From NCBI GenBank assembly GCA_964057225.1, contig OZ059900.1, positions 18,910,001 to 18,974,000 on the forward strand: a stretch of DNA of 64,000 nt, given 5' to 3'. This document shows, piece after piece, positions 55,401 through 64,000 of this stretch (its first letter is position 1; each line of letters starts with the position of its first letter). Below the pieces are notes generated by a model. The model was not told the DNA's origin. It did not search any database and saw only the letters and a program-made list of their open reading frames with translations. The translations under genes and the position numbers were made by a program. The stretch is from Auanema rhodensis. Lineage: Eukaryota; Animalia; Nematoda.

Positions 55401-58317
55401 TCCACTTTCACGACAAAAAAACAGGGGTTAGAAAATTAAGGAAATTAGCATATTCTGAGGGCACGCCCCTTATGGCTAATATTGATTAAATCGATTTTTG
55501 TTCATATGAGTCGTCAAATGCAACGAATTTCAGCGTGTTACATACTAAAATGAAGCATTTTACATGCTGAACACTAGAAAAATACAAAAACACAGTATTT
55601 CTCATGAGAAATATTTTATTATGCTGGAAAACCAGTTTTTGGAAATTTCGCTGTAAACAAGGTTTTGACTTACGATTTCATGTGTTCAAACTCATGCAAT
55701 GTCAATGAAACCTAGCTCAAAATTGTTCGTACAACGTCTAGTTCCACTTTCACGACAAAAAAAACAGGGGTTAGAAAATTAAGGAAATTAGCATATTCTG
55801 AGGGCACGCCCCTTATGGCTAATATTGATTAAATCGATTTTTGTTCATATGAGTCGTCAAATGCAACAAATTTCAGCGTGTTACATACTAAAATGAAGCA
55901 TTTTACATGCTGAACACTAGAAAAATACAAAAACACAGTATTTCCCATTAGAAATATTTTATTATGCTGGAAAACCAGTTTTTGGAAATTTCGCTGTAAA
56001 CAAGGTTTTGACTTACTTTTTCTTGTGTTCAAACTCATGCAATGTCAATGAAACCTAGCTCAAAATTGTTCGTACAACGTCTAGTTCCACTTTCACGACA
56101 AAAAAACAGGGGTTAGAAAATTAAGGAAATTAGCATATTCTGAGGGCACGCCCCTTATGGCTAATATTGATTAAATCGATTTTTGTTCATATGAGTCGTC
56201 AAATGCAACGAATTTCAGCGTGTTACATACTAAAATGAAGCATTTTACATGCTGAACACTAGAAAAATACAAAAACACAGTATTTCCCATGAGAAATATT
56301 TTATTATGCTGGAAAACCAGTTTTTGGAAATTTCGCTGTAAACAAGGTTTTGACTTACGATTTCATGTGTTCAAACTCATGCAATGTCAATGAAACCTAG
56401 CTCAAAATTGTTCGTACAACGTCTAGTTCCACTTTCACGACAAAAAAACAGGGGTTAGAAAATTAAGGAAATTAGCATATTCTGAGGGCACGCCCCTTAT
56501 GGCTAATATTGATTAAATCGATTTTTGTTCATATGAGTCGTCAAATGCAACGAATTTCAGCGTGTTACATACTAAAATGAAGCATTTTACATGCTGAACA
56601 CTAGAAAAATACAAAAACACAGTATTTCCCATGAGAAATATTTTATTATGCTGGAAAACCAGTTTTTGGAAATTTCGCTGTAAACAAGGTTTTGACTTAC
56701 GATTTCATGTGTTCAAACTCATGCAATGTCAATGAAACCTAGCTCAAATTTGTTCGTACAACGTCTAGTTCCACTTTCACGACAAAAAAACAGGGGTTAG
56801 AAAATTAAGGAAATTAGCATATTCTGAGGGCACGCCCCTTATGCCTAATGTTGATTAAATCGATTTTTGTTCATATGAGTCGTCAAATGCAACGAATTTC
56901 AGCGTGTTACATACTAAAATGAAGCATTTTACATGCTGAACACTAGAAAAATACAAAAACACAGTATTTCCCATGTGAAATATTTTATTATGCTGGAAAA
57001 CCAGTTTTTGGAAATTTCGCTGTAAACAAGGTTTTGACTTACGATTTCATGTGTTCAAACTCATGCAATGTCAATGAAACCTAGCTCAAAATTGTTCGTA
57101 CAACATCTAGTTCCACTTTCACGACAAAAAAACAGGGGTTAGAAAATTAAGGAAATTAGCATATTCTGAGGGCACGCCCCTTATGGCCAATATTGATTAA
57201 ATCGATTTTTGTTCATATGAGTCGTCAAATGCAACGAATTTCAGCGTGTTACATACTAAAATGAAGCATTTTACATGCTGAACACTAGAAAAATACAAAA
57301 ACACAGTATTTCCCATGAGAAATATTTTATTATGCTGGAAAACCAGTTTTTGGAAATTTCGCTGTAAACAAGGTTTTGACTTACGATTTCATGTGTTCAA
57401 ACTCATGCAATGTCAATGAAACCTAGCTCAAATTTGTTCGTACAACGTCTAGTTCCACTTTCACGACAAAAAAACAGGGGTTAGAAAATTAAGGAAATTA
57501 GCATATTCTGAGGGCACGCCCCTTATGCCTAATGTTGATTAAATCGATTTTTGTTCATATGAGTCGTCAAATGCAACGAATTTCAGCGTGTTACATACTA
57601 AAATGAAGCATTTTACATGCTGAACACTAGAAAAATACAAAAACACAGTATTTCCCATGTGAAATATTTTATTATGCTGGAAAACCAGTTTTTGGAAATT
57701 TCGCTGTAAACAAGGTTTTGACTTACGATTTCATGTGTTCAAACTCATGCAATGTCAATGAAACCTAGCTCAAAATTGTTCGTACAACGTCTAGTTCCAC
57801 TTTCACGACAAAAAAACAGGGGTTAGAAAATTAAGGAAATTAGCATATTCTGAGGGCACGCCCCTTATGGCTAATATTGATTAAATCGATTTTTGTTCAT
57901 ATGAGTCGTCAAATGCAACGAATTTCAGCGTGTTACATACTAAAATGAAGCATTTTACATGCTGAACACTAGAAAAATACAAAAACACAGTATTTCCCAT
58001 GAGAAATATTTTATTATGCTGGAAAACCAGTTTTTGGAAATTTCGCTGTAAACAAGGTTTTGACTTACGATTTCATGTGTTCAAACTCATGCAATGTCAA
58101 TGAAACCTAGCTCAAAATTGTTCGTACAACGTCTAGTTCCACTTTCACGACAAAAAAACAGGGGTTAGAAAATTAAGGAAATTAGCATATTCTGAGGGCA
58201 CGCCCCTTATGGCTAATATTGATTAAATCGATTTTTGTTCATATGAGTCGTCAAATGCAACGAATTTCAGCGTGTTACATACTAAAATGAAGCATTTTAC
58301 ATGCTGAACACTAGAAA
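49426..58317 (-). repeat. Tandem duplication of a 13-monomer (4446-bp) higher-order unit
   Basis: Variants repeat at exactly +4446: TTCGATGT 49496/53942, CAACCTC 49877/54323, CAATATC 50229/54675, CCCATAAG 50476/54922, GCCTAATGTT 52398/56844. The ORF-track hits 51383/55829 show the same offset. Confidence 0.92.
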
Positions 58318-59187
58318 AATACAAAAACACAGTATTTCCCATGAGAAATATTTTTTTATGCTGGAAAACCAGTTTTTGGAAATTTCGCTGTAAACAAGGT
58401 TTTGACTTACGATTTCATGTGTTCAAACTCATGCAATGTCAATGAAACCTAGCTCAAAATTGTTCGTACAACATCTAGTTCCACTTTCACGACAAAAAAA
58501 CAGGGGTTAGAAAATTAAGGAAATTAGCATATTCTGAGGGCACGCCCCTTATGGCCAATATTGATTAAATCGATTTTTGTTCATATGAGTCGTCAAATGC
58601 AACGAATTTCAGCGTGTTACATACTAAAATGAAGCATTTTACATGCTGAACACTAGAAAAATACAAAAACACCGTATTTCCCATGAGAAATATTTTATTA
58701 TGCTGGAAAACCAGTTTTTGGAAATTTCGCTGTAAACAAGGTTTTGACTTACGATTTCATGTGTTCAAACTCATGCAATGTCAATGAAACCTAGCTCAAA
58801 ATTGTTCGTACAACGTCTAGTTCCACTTTCACGACAAAAAAACAGGGGTTAGAAAAATAAGGAAATTAGCATATTCTGAGGGCACGCCCCTTATGGCTAA
58901 TATTGATTAAATCGATTTTTGTTCATATGAGTCGTCAAATGCAACGAATTTCAGCGTGTTACATACTAAAATGAAGCATTTTACATGCTGAACACTAGAA
59001 AAATACAAAAACACAGTATTTCCCATGAGAAATATTTTATTATGCTGGAAAACCAGTTTTTGGAAATTTCGCTGTAAACAAGGTTTTGACTTACGATTTC
59101 ATGTGTTCAAACTCATGCAATGTCAATGAAACCTAGCTCAAAATTGTTCGTACAACGTCTAGTTCCACTTTCACGACAAAAAAACAG

Positions 59188-59241
59188 AAAAAAAAAACAG
59201 AAAAAACAGAAAAAAAAACAGAAAAAAAACAAAAAAAAAAC
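59188..59241. repeat. 54-bp A-rich junction filler (A10-CAG-A6-CAG-A9-CAG-A8-C-A10-C) at the inversion breakpoint
   Basis: This is the only non-monomer sequence in the window. Its units reiterate the terminal C-A7-CAG of block B (59177-59187). Confidence 0.93.
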
Positions 59242-62200
59242 ATGTAACACGCTGAAATTCGTTGCATTTGACGACTCATATGAACAAAAATCGATTTATT
59301 CAATATTAGCCATAAGGGGCGTGCCCTCAGAATATGCTAATTTCCTTAATTTTCTAACCCCTGTTTTTTTGTCGTGAAAGTGGAACTAGACGTTGTACGA
59401 ACAATTTTGAGCTAGGTTTCATTGACATTGCATGAGTTTGAACACATGAAATCGTAAGTCAAAACCTTGTTTACAGCGAAATTTCCAAAAACTGGTTTTC
59501 CAGCATAATAAAATATTTCTCATGGGAAATACTGTGTTTTTGTATTTTTCTAGTGTTCAACATGTAAAATGCTTCATTTTAGTATGTAACACGCTGAAAT
59601 TCGTTGCATTTGACGACTCATATGAACAAAAATCGATTTAATCAATATTAGCCATAAGGGGCGTGCCCTCAGAATATGCTAATTTCCTTAATTTTCTAAC
59701 CCCTGTTTTTTTGTCGTGAAAGTGGAACTAGACGTTGTACGAACAATTTTGAGCTAGGTTTCATTGACATTGCATGAGTTTGAACACATGAAATCGTAAG
59801 TCAAAACCTTGTTTACAGCGAAATTTCCAAAAACTGGTTTTCCAGCATAATAAAATATTTCTCATGGGAAATACTGTGTTTTTGTATTTTTCTAGTGTTC
59901 AGCATGTAAAATGCTTCATTTTAGTATGTAACACGCTGAAATTCGTTGCATTTGACGACTCATATGAACAAAAATCGATTTAATCAATATTAGCCATAAG
60001 GGGCGTGCCCTCAGAATATGCTAATTTCCTTAATTTTCTAACCCTTGTTTTTTTGTCGTGAAAGTGGAACTAGACGTTGTACGAACAATTTTGAGCTAGG
60101 TTTCATTGACATTGCATGAGTTTGAACACATGAAATCGTAAGTCAAAACCTTGTTTACAGCGAAATTTCCAAAAACTGGTTTTCCAGCATAATAAAATAT
60201 TTCTCATGGGAAATACTGTGTTTTTGTATTTTTCTAGTGTTCAGCATGTAAAATGGTTCATTTTAGTATGTAACACGCTGAAATTCGTTGCATTTGACGA
60301 CTCATATGAACAAAAATCGATTTAATCAATATTAGCCATAAGGGGCGTGCCCTCAGAATATGCTAATTTCCTTAATTTTCTAACCCTTGTTTTTTTGTCG
60401 TGAAAGTGGAACTAGACGTTGTACGAACAATTTTGAGCTAGGTTTCATTGACATTGCATGAGTTTGAACACATGAAATCGTAAGTCAAAACCTTGTTTAC
60501 AGCGAAATTTCCAAAAACTGGTTTTCCAGCATAATAAAATATTTCTCATGGGAAATACTGTGTTTTTGTATTTTTCTAGTGTTCAGCATGTAAAATGCTT
60601 CATTTTAGTATGTAACACGCTGAAATTCGTTGCATTTGACGACTCATATGAACCAAAATCGATTTAATCAATATTAGCCATAAGGGGCGTGCCCTCAGAA
60701 TATGCTAATTTCCTTAATTTTCTAACCCTTGTTTTTTTGTCGTGAAAGTGGAACTAGACGTTGTACGAACAATTTTGAGCTAGGTTTCATTGACATTGCA
60801 TGAGTTTGAACACATGAAATCGTAAGTCAAAACCTTGTTTACAGCGAAATTTCCAAAAACTGGTTTTCCAGCATAATAAAATATTTCTCATGGGAAATAT
60901 TGTGTTTTTGTATTTTTCTAGTGTTCAGCATGTAAAATGCTTCATTTTAGTATGTAACACGCTGAAATTCGTTGCATTTGACGACTCATATGAACAAAAA
61001 TCGATTTAATCAATATTAGCCATAAGGGGCGTGCCCTCAGAATATGCTAATTTCCTTAATTTTCTAACCCCTGTTTTTTTGTCGTGAAAGTGGAACTAGA
61101 CGTTGTACGAACAATTTTGAGCTAGGTTTCATTGACATTGCATGAGTTTGAACACATGAAATCGTAAGTCAAACCCTTGTTTACAGCGAAATTTCCAAAA
61201 ACTGGTTTTCCAGCATAATAAAATATTTCTCATGGGAAATACTGTGTTTTTGTATTTTTCTAGTGTTCAGCATGTAAAATGCTTCATTTTAGTATGTAAC
61301 ACGCTGAAATTCGTTGCATTTGACGACTCATATGAACAAAAATCGATTTAATCAATATTAGCCATAAGGGGCGTGCCCTCAGAATATGCTAATTTCCTTA
61401 ATTTTCTAACCCCTGTTTTTTTGTCGTGAAAGTGGAACTAGACGTTGTACGAACAATTTTGAGCTAGGTTTCATTGACATTGCATGAGTTTGAACACATG
61501 AAATCGTAAGTCAAAACCTTGTTTACAGCGAAATTTCCAAAAACTGGTTTTCCAGCATAATAAAACATTTCTCATGGGAAATACTGTGTTTTTGTATTTT
61601 TCTAGTGTTCAGCATGTAAAATGCTTCATTTTAGTATGTAACACGCTGAAATTCGTTGCATTTGACGACTCATATGAACAAAAATCGATTTAATCAATAT
61701 TAGCCATAAGGGGCGTGCCCTCAGAATATGCTAATTTCCTTAATTTTCTAACCCTTGTTTTTTTGTCGTGAAAGTGGAACTAGACGTTGTACGAACAATT
61801 TTGAGCTAGGTTTCATTGACATTGCATGAGTTTGAACACATGAAATCGTAAGTCAAAACCTTGTTTACAGCGAAATTTCCAAAAACTGGTTTTCCAGCAT
61901 AATAAAATATTTCTCATGGGAAATATTGTGTTTTTGTATTTTTCTAGTGTTCAGCATGTAAAATGCTTCATTTTAGTATGTAACACGCTGAAATTCGTTG
62001 CATTTGACGACTCATATGAACAAAAATCGATTTAATCAATATTAGCCATAAGGGGCGTGCCCTCAGAATATGCTAATTTCCTTAATTTTCTAACCCCTGT
62101 TTTTTTGTCGTGAAAGTGGAACTAGACGTTGTACGAACAATTTTGAGCTAGGTTTCATTGACATTGCATGAGTTTGAACACATGAAATCGTAAGTCAAAC

Positions 62201-64000
62201 CCTTGTTTACAGCGAAATTTCCAAAAACTGGTTTTCCAGCATAATAAAATATTTCTCATGGGAAATACTGTGTTTTTGTATTTTTCTAGTGTTCAGCATG
62301 TAAAATGCTTCATTTTAGTATGTAACACGCTGAAATTCGTTGCATTTGACGACTCATATGAACAAAAATCGATTTAATCAATATTAGCCATAAGGGGCGT
62401 GCCCTCAGAATATGCTAATTTCCTTAATTTTCTAACCCCTGTTTTTTTGTCGTGAAAGTGGAACTAGACGTTGTACGAACAATTTTGAGCTAGGTTTCAT
62501 TGACATTGCATGAGTTTGAACACATGAAATCGTAAGTCAAAACCTTGTTTACAGCGAAATTTCCAAAAACTGGTTTTCCAGCATAATAAAACATTTCTCA
62601 TGGGAAATACTGTGTTTTTGTATTTTTCTAGTGTTCAGCATGTAAAATGCTTCATTTTAGTATGTAACACGCTGAAATTCGTTGCATTTGACGACTCATA
62701 TGAACAAAAATCGATTTAATCAATATTAGCCATAAGGGGCGTGCCCTCAGAATATGCTAATTTCCTTAATTTTCTAACCCTTGTTTTTTTGTCGTGAAAG
62801 TGGAACTAGACGTTGTACGAACAATTTTGAGCTAGGTTTCATTGACATTGCATGAGTTTGAACACATGAAATCGTAAGTCAAACCCTTGTTTACAGCGAA
62901 ATTTCCAAAAACTGGTTTTCCAGCATAATAAAATATTTCTCATGGGAAATACTGTGTTTTTGTATTTTTCTAGTGTTCAGCATGTAAAATGCTTCATTTT
63001 AGTATGTAACACGCTGAAATTCGTTGCATTTGACGACTCATATGAACCAAAATCGATTTAATCAATATTAGCCATAAGGGGCGTGCCCTCAGAATATGCT
63101 AATTTCCTTAATTTTCTAACCCTTGTTTTTTTGTCGTGAAAGTGGAACTAGACGTTGTACGAACAATTTTGAGCTAGGTTTCATTGACATTGCATGAGTT
63201 TGAACACATGAAATCGTAAGTCAAAACCTTGTTTACAGCGAAATTTCCAAAAACTGGTTTTCCAGCATAATAAAATATTTCTCATGGGAAATATTGTGTT
63301 TTTGTATTTTTCTAGTGTTCAGCATGTAAAATGCTTCATTTTAGTATGTAACACGCTGAAATTCGTTGCATTTGACGACTCATATGAACAAAAATCGATT
63401 TAATCAATATTAGCCATAAGGGGCGTGCCCTCAGAATATGCTAATTTCCTTAATTTTCTAACCCCTGTTTTTTTGTCGTGAAAGTGGAACTAGACGTTGT
63501 ACGAACAATTTTGAGCTAGGTTTCATTGACATTGCATGAGTTTGAACACATGAAATCGTAAGTCAAACCCTTGTTTACAGCGAAATTTCCAAAAACTGGT
63601 TTTCCAGCATAATAAAATATTTCTCATGGGAAATACTGTGTTTTTGTATTTTTCTAGTGTTCAGCATGTAAAATGCTTCATTTTAGTATGTAACACGCTG
63701 AAATTCGTTGCATTTGACGACTCATATGAACAAAAATCGATTTAATCAATATTAGCCATAAGGGGCGTGCCCTCAGAATATGCTAATTTCCTTAATTTTC
63801 TAACCCCTGTTTTTTTGTCGTGAAAGTGGAACTAGACGTTGTACGAACAATTTTGAGCTAAGTTTCATTGACATTGCATGAGTTTGAACACATGAAATCG
63901 TAAGTCAAAACCTTGTTTACAGCGAAATTTCCAAAAACTGGTTTTCCAGCATAATAAAATATTTCTCATGGGAAATACTGTGTTTTTGTTTTTTTCTAGT
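59242..64000 (+). repeat. Satellite array block C: ~14 copies of the monomer in forward orientation
   Basis: Resumes at ATGTAACACGCTGAAATTCG (monomer position 214). Full monomers start at 59371, 59713, 60055 and onward every 342 bp to the window end. Confidence 0.99.

Larger units (their letters stand above)
13024..59187 (-). repeat. Satellite array block B: ~135 copies of the same monomer in reverse-complement orientation
   Basis: CGTCTAGTTCCACTTTCACGAC (reverse complement of the monomer start) recurs every 342 +/-1 bp. The block ends at ...CACGACAAAAAAACAG (59187, monomer position 333). Confidence 0.99.

Noticed and set aside
59188-59241. Retrotransposon poly(A) tail
   Set aside because: No element body or target-site duplication, and the units are explained by the adjacent satellite end. 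Not fully excluded without a genome-wide search.
59120-59377. 85-aa Lys/Gln-rich ORF across the inversion junction
   Set aside because: Chance read-through of the stop-free A-rich filler joined to satellite on both sides. No coding evidence.
1-64000. CRISPR-like or variable-cassette array
   Set aside because: Units are contiguous near-identical 342-mers with no unique spacers and no associated genes.

Overview
The whole window is one AT-rich (~34% GC) tandem satellite with a 342-bp monomer (consensus copy at 1371-1712). It holds about 186 copies, most within ~0-2% of consensus by eye. There are three orientation blocks: A (1-12823, +), B (13024-59187, -) and C (59242-64000, +). The A/B switch falls in a 200-N scaffold gap, so it cannot be verified. 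The B/C switch is a sequenced inversion junction filled with a 54-bp insert of reiterated A(6-10)CAG/A(8-10)C units that appear copied from the end of block B. Shared variants reveal nested duplications of 2, 3, 4, 5, 6, 7, 9, 13 and 22-25 monomers. The monomer is rich in dyad symmetries, and some variants look templated from inverted-repeat partners. This is consistent with eukaryotic (peri)centromeric or heterochromatic satellite DNA, but I cannot name the organism or family. I find no credible gene, RNA gene, CRISPR array or transposon, and no evidence for a new gene-encoded system. The interesting signal is in how the array mutates and rearranges.
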